Assembly: GCA_037440005.1 (NCBI GenBank)
Contig: JBBIUY010000019.1
Span: 1-52,069, forward strand
DNA: 52,069 nucleotides
Origin: Armatimonadota bacterium
GTDB lineage: Bacteria > Sysuimicrobiota > Sysuimicrobiia > Sysuimicrobiales > Kaftiobacteriaceae
Reading direction: 5' to 3'
Made by a program: the position numbers and the translations under genes. Below the pieces are notes generated by a model. The model made no database searches, had not been told where the DNA came from, and saw only the letters and a list, made by a program, of their open reading frames with translations. Numbering within the stretch: the stretch's first letter is position 1; the number at the start of each line of letters is the position of its first letter. Positions 38,599 to 47,669 of this stretch are shown one piece after another.

Positions 38599-40176
38599 TC
38601 ACCGGTCGCCGTCCCCAAGCACCCGCACCGCGTCCACCACCCGGCCCGCCTGGACGGCGGCGATGGCGTGGGGCAGCCGGTCCGCCACCTCCGAGGCCAG
38701 CATCCCCACCTGCCCCCGCTCGGCGGCGAGGAGGTCGGCGGCGAGCCCGTGCAGGTAGGCGGCGGCGTAGGCCGCCGCCTCCGGAGCCAGCCCCTGGCCC
38801 AGCAGGGCGGCCACGGCGCCGGTCAGCACGTCTCCCATCCCTCCCGTGGCCATCCCGGGGTTGCCGGTGGGCACGATCCACGCGCGGCCGTCGGGAGCGG
38901 CCACCACCGTGCGCGCCCCCTTGAGGACCACCACGCAGCGGAACGACGCGGCCGCGCCGCGGGCCGCTCCCAGGCGGTCCTGCTGGATCTCCGACGCGGA
39001 CCGACCGAGCAGACGCCCTAGCTCCCCGGGGTGCGGGGTGATCACCACCGGTCCCCGCGCCGACGCCAGGACTCCGGCGCGCCCGGCCAGGACGGTGAGG
39101 GCGTCGGCGTCCAGGACCGCAGGCCGCGTCTGGCCCAGCAGGAACTCCACCACCGCGGCCACCCCCGGGGCGCGCGACAGGCCCGGGCCGGCGGCGACCA
39201 CGTCGGATGCTTCCACCAGCCCGGCCAGCCGCGCCAGGCACCCCTCTCCCAGCGCCCCTCCCTCGTCGGCCAGCGGGGTCGGCATCCCCTCGGTGACCTG
39301 GGAGGCGACGATGGGGTAGACGCTGTGCGGGACGGCCACGGTCACCAGCCCCGCCCCAGCGCGCAGGGCGCCCCGGGTGGCCAGCACCGCGGCCCCGGTG
39401 AAGCCCACCGACCCCGCCACCACTAGGACCCGGCCGTAGGTGCCCTTGTGGGTGTCGGGCCGGCGAGGAGGCAGGAGGCTTTTGACCGTCGCGCTGTCCA
39501 CCAGGAACGTGCGCAGTCCCGGATCGCGGCGCAGCGGGGCGGGATAGCCGATGTCGGCGACGTACACCGTGCCGGCCATCTCCGCTCCCGGATACAGCAG
39601 CAGGCCCGGCTTGGGCCACCCCATGGTGACGGTGGCCCACGCCTTCACGCACGGCCCGGTCCACCGCCCCGTGTCCGCGTCCACCCCCGACGGCACGTCC
39701 ACGGCCACCACGGGCGCGGCGCAGCGCCCCGCGGCCTCGATCAGCGCGGCCACCGTCCCGCGGGCGGGCCCGCGGAACCCGGTGCCCGCCAGGGCGTCCA
39801 CCACCACGTCGGCGGCGGCCAGGACGTCGTCCACGGACACCTCCGACGCCTCCACCACCGCCACACCCGCCCCGACGGCGGCCTGCAGCATGCGGGCCGG
39901 CTCGCCCTGCAGGTCCTGCGCCGGGGCCGCCAGCACCACCGTCACCTCGGCCCCCGCCTCCCGTAGGTGACGGGCGGCGGCCAGCCCGTCTCCGCCGTTG
40001 TGCCCCCGGCCGGCCAGGACCGCCACCGTCCGCCCTCCCCGCTGGCGGAGCAGGTCCAGCACCACCTGGGCCACCCGCTTCCCGGCGGCGTCCATCAGCC
40101 GGTGCACCGGGACGTCGAACTCACCGGCGGCCCGGCGGTCCAGCTCGGCGATCTCACGGGCTGTGGCGACGTGCAT
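38599..40176 (-). CDS. nnr: Bifunctional NAD(P)H-hydrate epimerase/dehydratase (NnrE-NnrD)
   Basis: GRGHNGGDG, DVPSG, HKGTYG, TPHPGE, MATGGMGDVLTG. Confidence 0.95.
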   Translation of the reverse strand: MHVATAREIAELDRRAAGEFDVPVHRLMDAAGKRVAQVVLDLLRQRGGRTVAVLAGRGHNGGDGLAAARHLREAGAEVTVVLAAPAQDLQGEPARMLQAAVGAGVAVVEASEVSVDDVLAAADVVVDALAGTGFRGPARGTVAALIEAAGRCAAPVVAVDVPSGVDADTGRWTGPCVKAWATVTMGWPKPGLLLYPGAEMAGTVYVADIGYPAPLRRDPGLRTFLVDSATVKSLLPPRRPDTHKGTYGRVLVVAGSVGFTGAAVLATRGALRAGAGLVTVAVPHSVYPIVASQVTEGMPTPLADEGGALGEGCLARLAGLVEASDVVAAGPGLSRAPGVAAVVEFLLGQTRPAVLDADALTVLAGRAGVLASARGPVVITPHPGELGRLLGRSASEIQQDRLGAARGAAASFRCVVVLKGARTVVAAPDGRAWIVPTGNPGMATGGMGDVLTGAVAALLGQGLAPEAAAYAAAYLHGLAADLLAAERGQVGMLASEVADRLPHAIAAVQAGRVVDAVRVLGDGDR

Positions 40177-40285
40177 CCTGCCCGGCCTGTTCTCGGTGCG
40201 GGAGGCCCTCTCCTGGCAGGTGCCGGCTTCGGCCGGCCGTCCCCTGCGCCCACACTGTCCACAGCCGCTGAACGTCCGTTCCCGA

Positions 40286-40314
40286 TTGACCGGCGAGGGG
40301 GCCGGTGCCAGGAT
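40286..40314 (+). promoter_or_regulatory. Sigma70-type promoter for the ncRNA
   Basis: TTGACC - 17 bp - CAGGAT with extended TG; predicted start ~40321, at the first base of the closing stem. Confidence 0.65.
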
Positions 40315-40320
40315 CTAGGT

Positions 40321-40490
40321 CGAGGGGCGCGCGAGGCGCGGCAAAGTAGCCGACTCAAACGCCGCCGCACGTGGATTCCGACAGCCGCAGACCTTCACTT
40401 TGGGAGTAATCCCAAAGAGGAGACTGCCGGCAGGACGAACCGGCGGCGCGGCCGAAGACGATGAAACGTCGCCGCCGGGCGCGTCCCTCG
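40321..40490 (+). ncRNA. ssrS: Probable 6S RNA
   Basis: 170-nt rod: closing stem CGAGGGGCGCGC/GCGCGTCCCTCG, A-rich central bubble, perfect CGCCGCCG/CGGCGGCG stem, apical CTTTGGGA-GTAA-TCCCAAAG hairpin; own promoter. Confidence 0.7.
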
Positions 40491-40501
40491 TCGTGCCGGC
40501 C

Positions 40502-41401
40502 TCAGGCCGGCGCCCGCACCTCCACCCCCGCCAGGGTCTCCAGCAGCGTCACCAGGGCCGAGTGGTCCCAGTCGCTGCGGTCCATCCCCCGCAGGGCCGT
40601 GAAGGCTTCCTGCACCACCGCGGTGGCCGGGAGGGGGACGCCCAGGCTCTTGCCCGCGGCCAGGGCGATGGCCAGGTCCTTCTGGTGCAGGCGGACCCGG
40701 AAGCCGGGGGTGAAGTTGCGGTCCAGCATCCGCTGGCCGTGCACCTCCAGCACGCGGCTGTGGGCGAACCCGCCCAGCAGGGCCTGGCGCACCCGCGCCG
40801 GATCCACCCCCGCCTTGGCCGCCAGGGTCAGCGCCTCGCTGACCGCCTGGATGGTCAGGGCCACCACGATCTGGTTGCAGGCCTTGGCCACCTGGCCGGC
40901 CCCGTGGTCGCCGACGTGCACGATGTTCTTGCCCAGCGCCTCGAACACCGGTCGGACCCGGGCCACTACGTCCGCCGGTCCGCCCACCATGATGGACAGC
41001 GTGGCCTCCACCGCCCCGCGCTCGCCGCCGCTGACCGGCGCGTCCAGCATCTGGGCGCCCCGCGCCGCCACCGCCTGGGCGATCTCCCGGGCCACCAGGG
41101 GGGAGATGGTGCTCATGTCCACCAGCACGCTGCCGGGCCGCAGGCCCTCCAGGACGCCGTCGGGCCCCAGCACCACCTGCTGCACGTCCGGGGAGTCCGG
41201 CAGCATGGTGATCACGATGTCGCTGGCCTCGGCCACGCCCCGGGGGGATCTGCCGTCCCGGGCGCCGGCGGCCACCAGCTCCTCCACGGGGGGACGGCTG
41301 CGGTTGTGCACGGTCACGGGGTAGCCCGCCCGCAGCAGGTTGCGGGCCATGGGCCGGCCCATGATGCCCAGCCCGATGAATCCGATGCGTTCGCGGTCCA
41401 C
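40502..41401 (-). CDS. 2-hydroxy-3-oxopropionate reductase (GarR/GlxR-like beta-hydroxyacid dehydrogenase)
   Basis: IGFIGLGIMGRPMA, DAPVSGG, KACNQ, HQKDL. Confidence 0.88.
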   Translation of the reverse strand: MDRERIGFIGLGIMGRPMARNLLRAGYPVTVHNRSRPPVEELVAAGARDGRSPRGVAEASDIVITMLPDSPDVQQVVLGPDGVLEGLRPGSVLVDMSTISPLVAREIAQAVAARGAQMLDAPVSGGERGAVEATLSIMVGGPADVVARVRPVFEALGKNIVHVGDHGAGQVAKACNQIVVALTIQAVSEALTLAAKAGVDPARVRQALLGGFAHSRVLEVHGQRMLDRNFTPGFRVRLHQKDLAIALAAGKSLGVPLPATAVVQEAFTALRGMDRSDWDHSALVTLLETLAGVEVRAPA

Positions 41402-41495
41402 GTCCCACCCCTCCTCGACCGTCATCCTGGTCTGGCATCTGCCGGTGCATCCATTCGCGGCGACGACGCCCCTGTCCCTGGAGGCGGCGCCCGCA

Positions 41496-43835
41496 TCACC
41501 GCCGCGGCGGGCGGGTGAGGATCACCCGGTACGTCCCCGCGGCGCGGACCGCCACCTCGGTGCCGTCCGCCCGCTCCCGGACCGTCACCAGCCGCCCCCG
41601 CCCGGCCACCCGCACGGCGACGTCCCGCACGCCGATCCACTGGAGCAGGTGCTCGCCCCGGCCGCCCCGCACCGCGGCCTCCAGGTGGTCTCCACGGGCG
41701 CGGGCGGCCACCGTGATGCGCCCGCCTGTGGTCAGCACCTCGCCGGCGGCCGCCGTGGTCAGGCGCACCTGAAACGTCAGGGGCTGTTCGGCCTGCTCGG
41801 AATGCTCGACCTCCGGCCCCAGCGCCAGCACGGTGCCGTCGCGGACGAACAGGGGCACCTCCTCCAGGGGGACCTGCAGGTGCCGCCAGCCCGGGCCGCT
41901 GTGCCGGGTGTGGCGCCAGAAGTCCCACCAGGTCCCGGCGGGCAGGTACACCCACCGCCGGCCATCCGGGGTGAGGACCGGCGCCACCAGCAGGGACCGG
42001 CCCAGCAGGTACTGGTCGCCGACCTGCCAGGTGGTGGGGTCGTTCTGGTAGTCCAGGACCAAAGGGCGCATCAGCGGCATCCCCGCGGCCACCGCCGCCG
42101 CGGCCTCGGTGTACAGGTACGGCAGCAGCCGCATCCGCAGCCGAGCGTAGCGGAGGATGATCCGGAAGGCCCGCCGGCCGTACCGCCACGGCTCCCGCGG
42201 CTCGGTGCCGTGGAAGCGGGCGTGGGAGGACAGCAGTCCCAGCTGGGCCCACCGCACCAGCAGGTCCGGGTCCCGCAGGCCGTAAAAGCCCCCGATGTCG
42301 TGGCTCCAGAACGCAAACCCCGACAGGGCCAGCGAGAGCCCGCTGCCCAGCACCGCCGGCAGGACGTCCCACCGCGAGGGGGCGTCGCCCGACCAGTGGA
42401 CCGGGTAGCGCTGGGAACCCGCCCACCCGCTGCGGGCCCACACCATCGGCTGGCGGCCGGCGGCGGCGGTGGCCTCGAAGACGGTGCGGGTGTACAGCAG
42501 GGGGTAGACGTTGTGCAGCGCGGCGCCGGTGGTCCCGTCGGAGGCGACGGCGTCCTCGGGCACCTCTTCGCCGTAGTCGGTCTTGAAAACCGCCACGCCC
42601 ATCCGCAGCAGCGGCCGGTGCAGGTCCCGATACCACCGCCGGGCCTCGGGGTGGGTGAAGTCCACGATGGCCGCGTCGCGCCCGCGAAAGCGCGCCACCT
42701 GCCCGTCGGCGGTGCGCAGGAAGTATCCCCGGGCGGCGGCCGGGGGGTAGCGGGGGCTGCCCATGGGAACGTAGGGATTCTCCCACAGCGACAGGCGCAC
42801 GCCCCGGCGGCGCAGCCAGCGGATGAACTCTGCGGGGCGGGGAAAGGCTTGCTCGTCCCAGCGCAGGTCGCAGCTGTCGTAGTCGCGCCCGCGGCGGCCG
42901 GCCAGCCACAGGGGGTCCAGGTGCACCACGTCCAGAGGGAACCCCCGCCGGCGGGCCTGGCGGACCACCTGCTCCACCTCCCGGCGGGACCGGTACATGC
43001 AGCGGGACATCCACACCCCAAACGACCACCGGGGCGGAAGCGCCGGCCGGCCCACCAGGTCCAGGTAGCGGCGCAGGATCTCGGCCAGGGTGGGCCCGTA
43101 GATGAGGAAGACGTCCAGGCGCGGCTCCTCCACGTAGACCCACCCCGAGACCGCCGAGTGGGCGCCCAGGTCCACCACGGTCCGCGCCGTGGTGTGGATG
43201 AACAGCCCGTAGCCGGCCGTGCTCATCAGGAAGGGCACGGGTTTGTAGACCAGGTCGGTGGAGTTGGTCCCGTGGGTGTCGGTGCACCACAGCACCGTGC
43301 GCAGCCCGCGCCGGCCCGGCGGTCCGTAGCGCTCGCCCAGTCCGAAAAACTGCGTCTGGGCCCCCAGGGCGAAGGTCAGGTAGGCGTGCCGGGCGCCGGT
43401 GGGGAGGTGGTCGGCCAGCCCCGAGGGACGGGTGACGAAGTCGTCGAAGTCTCTGTCGGCCAGCTCCGAGAATACCGGCCGGCCGGAGGCGTCCAGCACG
43501 CGCAGCCCCCAGGAGGCGCGGTCGAGTTCGACGGTCAGGGCCGCCGACTCCACCCGCACCGTCTGCCGGTCCACCCGGGTCCGCACCCGGGCCCGCCCGG
43601 GACGGCCTGCCAGAATCCACGACGGTCCCTCGACCACCGGAAAGCGGATGCGGACCACGTGGGCGCTGACCAGCGTGACACGGGCGGCGACGTCCTCCCC
43701 TCCGGGCAACCGCACCCGCAGGTCCGCCCCGTCGGGGCGCGGCCGGGCCGCCACCACCTGCCCCAGGGGCAGAAACCTCCGCTGGGGGTCGTCGAACACC
43801 GCGCCCGGATCCAGCGAGTGCCGGCGTCCCGTCAT
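41496..43835 (-). CDS. GH31 alpha-glycosidase (YicI alpha-xylosidase-like)
   Basis: FGLGE, YKPVPF, FKTDYGE nucleophile motif, HWSGD, WSHDIGGF, SSHARFHG; ATGA overlap with glpD. Confidence 0.9.
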   Translation of the reverse strand: MTGRRHSLDPGAVFDDPQRRFLPLGQVVAARPRPDGADLRVRLPGGEDVAARVTLVSAHVVRIRFPVVEGPSWILAGRPGRARVRTRVDRQTVRVESAALTVELDRASWGLRVLDASGRPVFSELADRDFDDFVTRPSGLADHLPTGARHAYLTFALGAQTQFFGLGERYGPPGRRGLRTVLWCTDTHGTNSTDLVYKPVPFLMSTAGYGLFIHTTARTVVDLGAHSAVSGWVYVEEPRLDVFLIYGPTLAEILRRYLDLVGRPALPPRWSFGVWMSRCMYRSRREVEQVVRQARRRGFPLDVVHLDPLWLAGRRGRDYDSCDLRWDEQAFPRPAEFIRWLRRRGVRLSLWENPYVPMGSPRYPPAAARGYFLRTADGQVARFRGRDAAIVDFTHPEARRWYRDLHRPLLRMGVAVFKTDYGEEVPEDAVASDGTTGAALHNVYPLLYTRTVFEATAAAGRQPMVWARSGWAGSQRYPVHWSGDAPSRWDVLPAVLGSGLSLALSGFAFWSHDIGGFYGLRDPDLLVRWAQLGLLSSHARFHGTEPREPWRYGRRAFRIILRYARLRMRLLPYLYTEAAAAVAAGMPLMRPLVLDYQNDPTTWQVGDQYLLGRSLLVAPVLTPDGRRWVYLPAGTWWDFWRHTRHSGPGWRHLQVPLEEVPLFVRDGTVLALGPEVEHSEQAEQPLTFQVRLTTAAAGEVLTTGGRITVAARARGDHLEAAVRGGRGEHLLQWIGVRDVAVRVAGRGRLVTVRERADGTEVAVRAAGTYRVILTRPPRR

Positions 43836-45535
43836 CTGAGCCCCTCCAGGACCTGCCGCTGCTCGTCCACCTCCGCCTCCCACCGCTCGAGCTGGCGCCG
43901 CACCTCCCCGGGGCTCCAGCCCAGCTCGGCCGCCATCAGCGCGGTCACCTGGTCCACCGCCGACCGCCCGCCGTCTTCGGCCAGGACGCTGAGGCGCGTG
44001 CGCAGGAACATCACGTCGGCCAGCGCCACCGCCATCTCCTGCCGGCAGGCGTACACCACCTCCCCGGCCAGGACGGGGACGTCGTCGGCCAGGGGCCGCA
44101 GCAGCGAAGGCTCGGAGGCGGCCAGCGCCAGGATCTGCGTGCTGGCGCTCCCGTAAGAGCGCAGCAGGTGGCGGCGCTGCTGCTCGGGGAGGGGGCTGGC
44201 GGCCAGGACCTGTTCGGCCCGGGTCAGCCCCTCGGCCCCGGCCAGCGGCAGCGACCGGGTGCGGCAGGGACCCGCGCCGTCCCGGCGGGCCAGCCGGTCC
44301 ACCGCGTCCTCGGCCATCTGCCGGTAGGTGGTGAGCTTGCCGCCGATGGCGCTGACCAGCCCCCGGGGGGACTCCACCACGGCGTGCTCCCTGGAGAGGT
44401 CGGCCGCGCGGTCCCGGTCCGCCTCCACCAGCGGGCGCAGCCCCGCAAAGGCCCCCACCACGTCCTGCGGTTCCACCCGGCGCAGGTAGCGCCGGGCGTG
44501 GCGGAGCAGGTAGGCGGCGTCGGAGGAGGAGACCGTTGGCCGGTCCAGCGGGCCGGAATACGGGTCGTCGGTGGTGCCCAGCAGGACCCGCCCCGCCCAC
44601 GGCACCAGGAACGCGATCCGGCCGTCCTCGGTCTCCGGAAGGATCAGGGCCGTCTCGCCGTCCCGGGGACTGTGCGCCCACGGGCGGGGTTCCCGGGCGT
44701 CGCCGGCGACCGGCGGGGGGCCGAGCACCTCCCGGCGCAGCACCAGGTGCACGCCCTTGCTGGGCCGCAGCCGGAAGGGCGGCGTCCCCTCCAGGGCCGC
44801 CACCTTCTCCGCCCACACCCCGGCCGCGTTGACCACGTGCCGCGCGCGGACGACCACCCGGCGCCCGCCCACGCGGTCTTCCACCTCCGCGCCCGCCACC
44901 CGCCCGCCTTCCACGATCAGGCCCGTGGCCCGGGCGTAGTTGACGGTGACCGCTCCGAACCGCCGGGCGGTGGCCAGCACGGCGTGGGTGAGGCGCACGT
45001 CGTCGGCGGCCGCGTCGTACAGCACGAACGCCTCGCGTAGCTCCTCGGTGCGCAGGGCCGGCACGCACGCGGCGGCCTGGGCGGGGGTCAGGCGCCGGTG
45101 GCGCAGGCCGCCCCCGCGCGCCAGCAGGTCGTAGCCCCACAGGATGGCCCGAACTCCCGCCGGCGCCCACCGGTGGAGGGGAGGGGCGACCGCCACGCCC
45201 AGCGGGCGCGCCAGTCCGCCGTACAGGGGGAGCACGAACGGCTGCGGACGCACCAGGTGGGGCGCCAGGCGCAGCAGACGTCCGCGCTCCCGCAGAGCTT
45301 CCGCCACCAGGCGCAGCTCGGCCCGGGCCAGGTAGCGCAGGCCTCCGTGGATCAGCTTGGTGGAGCGGCTGCTGGTGCCGCTGGCAAAGTCGGCCTGCTC
45401 CACCAGCCCCACCCGGTACCCGCGGGTGGCGGCGTCCAGGGCCACGCCGGCTCCGGTGATGCCGCCTCCGACGACCAGCACGTCCACCCCGGCGGCCAGG
45501 GCGGCCAGGTGGTCCTCACGATGGGTGGATGACAT
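43832..45535 (-). CDS. glpD: FAD-dependent glycerol-3-phosphate dehydrogenase
   Basis: VVGGGITGAG, GTSSRSTKLIHGGLRYL, KGVHL, AGLRPL, GGKLTTYR. Confidence 0.95.
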   Translation of the reverse strand: MSSTHREDHLAALAAGVDVLVVGGGITGAGVALDAATRGYRVGLVEQADFASGTSSRSTKLIHGGLRYLARAELRLVAEALRERGRLLRLAPHLVRPQPFVLPLYGGLARPLGVAVAPPLHRWAPAGVRAILWGYDLLARGGGLRHRRLTPAQAAACVPALRTEELREAFVLYDAAADDVRLTHAVLATARRFGAVTVNYARATGLIVEGGRVAGAEVEDRVGGRRVVVRARHVVNAAGVWAEKVAALEGTPPFRLRPSKGVHLVLRREVLGPPPVAGDAREPRPWAHSPRDGETALILPETEDGRIAFLVPWAGRVLLGTTDDPYSGPLDRPTVSSSDAAYLLRHARRYLRRVEPQDVVGAFAGLRPLVEADRDRAADLSREHAVVESPRGLVSAIGGKLTTYRQMAEDAVDRLARRDGAGPCRTRSLPLAGAEGLTRAEQVLAASPLPEQQRRHLLRSYGSASTQILALAASEPSLLRPLADDVPVLAGEVVYACRQEMAVALADVMFLRTRLSVLAEDGGRSAVDQVTALMAAELGWSPGEVRRQLERWEAEVDEQRQVLEGLR

Positions 45536-45571
45536 CGGTGACGCGCCGCTCGTCCGCGCGACGACGCACAC

Positions 45572-45634
45572 AAAAGTCCTGCCGGCCGGGCTCCCCGACG
45601 GCCGGCAGGACTTTCTCCGCGGCTCCGTCCTGCC
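45572..45634 (-). terminator. glpD leader attenuator (terminator plus overlapping alternative stem)
   Basis: Perfect 16-bp stem 45573-45588/45599-45614 followed by a T run on the minus strand; upstream GGCAGGAC (45634-45627) can pair with the 5' arm instead. Confidence 0.8.
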
Positions 45635-45733
45635 ACGTCTGGCTGTGAACTATTGGACGGTTTCGGCCCGCGGCCCAACGTCTCCTGCCCCGCACAGGAG
45701 GCCCGTCCGGCCGTCCCGAAGTCAGCCCCCGTC

Positions 45734-46414
45734 ATGGCCCCGTCCCCGGACCCCTGGGCGCCGCTGCGGGCGCGCCCAATCATTGCGGCGGTCCGCACCG
45801 AGGCCGCCGCCGGCCTGGCGGCGGCCTCGCCGGTGTCCACCGCCTTCCTGCTCTCGGGCACCATCGTCTCCCTACCCGCCCTGGCGGCGCGTCTGGCCCA
45901 GGCGGGCAAGGTGGTCCTGGTGCACGTGGACCTGGTCGAGGGGCTGGCGGCGGATCGGGCGGCGGTGCGGTTCGTCCGCGCGGTGCCCGGGGTGGCCGGC
46001 GTCATCACCACCCGCGGCCATCTGGTCCAGGCCGCCAAGGCAGAGGGCCTGCTGGCCGTCCTGCGCCTGTTTCTGCTGGATTCGGCCTCGCTGGACACCG
46101 CCACCAGGCTGCTGCACATCTGCGCGCCCGACGCGGTGGAGGTCCTGCCCGGGATCATCTACCCGTCCCTGGCCGCCGAGATCGGCGCGTGGGGGCTCCC
46201 GGCGATCGCCGGCGGCTTCATCCGCCGACGGGACGACGCCGAAGCCGTGCTGCGGGCGGGAGCGCTGGCCGTCTCCACCAGCACCTCGGGCCTGTGGGCT
46301 CTGGACCTGTCGGGGCGCGGGCAGCCGTCGCGGCCGCCCCGCGAGGACCGCGCCTCCCCCTCCCGCTCCACCCACCCCCGGGCCCGCTCCACCGCCCGCC
46401 GCCACCCGCGGTAG
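45734..46414 (+). CDS. glpP: Glycerol-3-phosphate-responsive antiterminator
   Basis: [40 protein letters not shown]...LW. Confidence 0.9.
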   Translation: MAPSPDPWAPLRARPIIAAVRTEAAAGLAAASPVSTAFLLSGTIVSLPALAARLAQAGKVVLVHVDLVEGLAADRAAVRFVRAVPGVAGVITTRGHLVQAAKAEGLLAVLRLFLLDSASLDTATRLLHICAPDAVEVLPGIIYPSLAAEIGAWGLPAIAGGFIRRRDDAEAVLRAGALAVSTSTSGLWALDLSGRGQPSRPPREDRASPSRSTHPRARSTARRHPR

Positions 46415-46836
46415 GCTCCCTCCCGGCGGTCGGCGGACCAGCGGGGTTCGAACACCCGCTCCGCCCGCCAGAGGGCCCGCAGGTCATCGGGGCGCGCCCA
46501 CACGCCGGCCGCCAGGCCGGCCAGGTAGGCGGCTCCCAGGGCCGTGGTCTCGTGCACCGTGGGGCGCACCACGGGGATGCCCAGGATGTCGGCCTGCAGC
46601 TGCATCAGGAAGTCGTTGACGGTGGCTCCCCCGTCCACCTTCAACGCCTCCAGCTCCATGCCGGCGTCCTGACGCATCGCCTCCACCACCTCCCGGGTCT
46701 GGAAGCAGATGGCCTCCAGGGTGGCCCGCACCAGGTGGCGGCGGTCGGTGAAGCGGGTGAGCCCCACGATCACCCCGCGGGCGTACATGTCCCAGTGGGG
46801 AGCGAACAGCCCGGAGAACGCGGGGACCAGGTACAC
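46159..46836 (-). pseudogene. glpK: Glycerol kinase, 3' remnant (about the last third)
   Basis: Begins abruptly at [46 protein letters not shown] present; N-terminal domain absent. Confidence 0.9.
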
Positions 46837-46838
46837 CC

Positions 46839-47501
46839 GCCGAGCTGACCATCAACGCCCCCCTGTACGTCCGCCACCTGCAGGCTCTGGTGGACATGCA
46901 GCGGGAGGGCACCTTCAGGTACGGCGGGCGGGACTCCGCCGGCGACGCCCTGTTCCCCTCGGGGGAGTGCGCCATGGTCACCGCGTCGTCGGCCCTGTTC
47001 GGCCGCGTCTCCCGGGAGGCCAAGTTCGACTGGGGGATCACCTTCCTGCCCTATTACGACGACGTGCCGGGCGCGCTCAAGAACTCCATCATCGGCGGGG
47101 CGGCCTTCTGGGTGATGCAGGCTCCGGGGCGCTCCCGGGACGAGTACCGGGGTGTGGCCGAGTTCTTCCGCTACCTGGCCTCCGCCGAGGTGGCGGCCAC
47201 GTGGCACATGGAGAGCGGGTACGTCCCCATCACCTTCACCGGACGGCAGCTGGCCAACGCCCTGGGCTACTACACCCGCCATCCCTGAGCGCAGATTCCC
47301 ATCACCCAGCTGACCCGGACGCCGCCCACCCGCAACTCCAAAGGGCTGCGGCTGGGCAACCTGCCGGAGATCCGCACCATCATCTATGAGGAGATGGAAA
47401 GGGCCCTGCAGGGTCAGCAGTCGGCCCAGCAGGCGCTGGACGCGGCCGTGCGCCGCGGCAACGAGGTGCTGCGCCGCTTTGAGCGCACCATGGGCCAGTA
47501 G
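46839..47501 (+). pseudogene. ugpB: sn-glycerol-3-phosphate ABC binding protein, 3' remnant with internal TGA
   Basis: NSIIGGAAFWVM, WHMESGYVP; reading through TGA 47286-47288 gives KGLRLGNLPEIR...QQALDAAVRRGNEVLRRFE to TAG 47501; no signal peptide or N-terminal half. Confidence 0.88.
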
Positions 47502-47505
47502 CGCA

Positions 47506-47537
47506 GCGGGGCCGGGCGTCTGCCCGCCCGGCCCCGC
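47506..47537 (+). terminator. Stem-loop after the ugpB remnant
   Basis: Perfect 13-bp inverted repeat GCGGGGCCGGGCG/CGCCCGGCCCCGC; no clear T tail. Confidence 0.5.
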
Positions 47538-47552
47538 CCCTTCTCCCGCGCG

Positions 47553-47669
47553 CTGGTGGACTGGCCGCTGATCATGGCCACCGCCTTGCTGGCCATGCTC
47601 CCGCCGGTGGCGGTGGTGGTGGTCATGCAGCGCTGGTTCGTCACGGGGCTGATGGAGACGGAGAAGTGA
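47553..47669 (+). pseudogene. ugpE: UgpE permease, last 38 codons only
   Basis: Hand translation LVDWPLIMATALLAMLPPVAVVVVMQRWFVTGLMETEK*, matching the UgpE C-terminus. Confidence 0.8.

Noticed and set aside
38599..40176. Link between nnr (NnrDE) and the NnrR/NnrS-like NO genes
   Set aside because: Name coincidence only; this enzyme repairs NAD(P)H hydrates
40321..40490. SRP RNA, tRNA or CRISPR repeat
   Set aside because: No SRP helix-8 motif, no cloverleaf, and the hairpin is not repeated
40502..43835. Sulfoglycolysis pair (YihQ sulfoquinovosidase plus YihU)
   Set aside because: The GH31 nucleophile motif is FKTDYGE rather than MADFGE, and the reductase has DAPVSGG rather than the YihU GRT motif
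47286..47288. Selenocysteine or programmed read-through at the ugpB TGA
   Set aside because: The position is not a Cys site, the gene has no 5' half, and no convincing SECIS follows; a simple nonsense mutation is more likely
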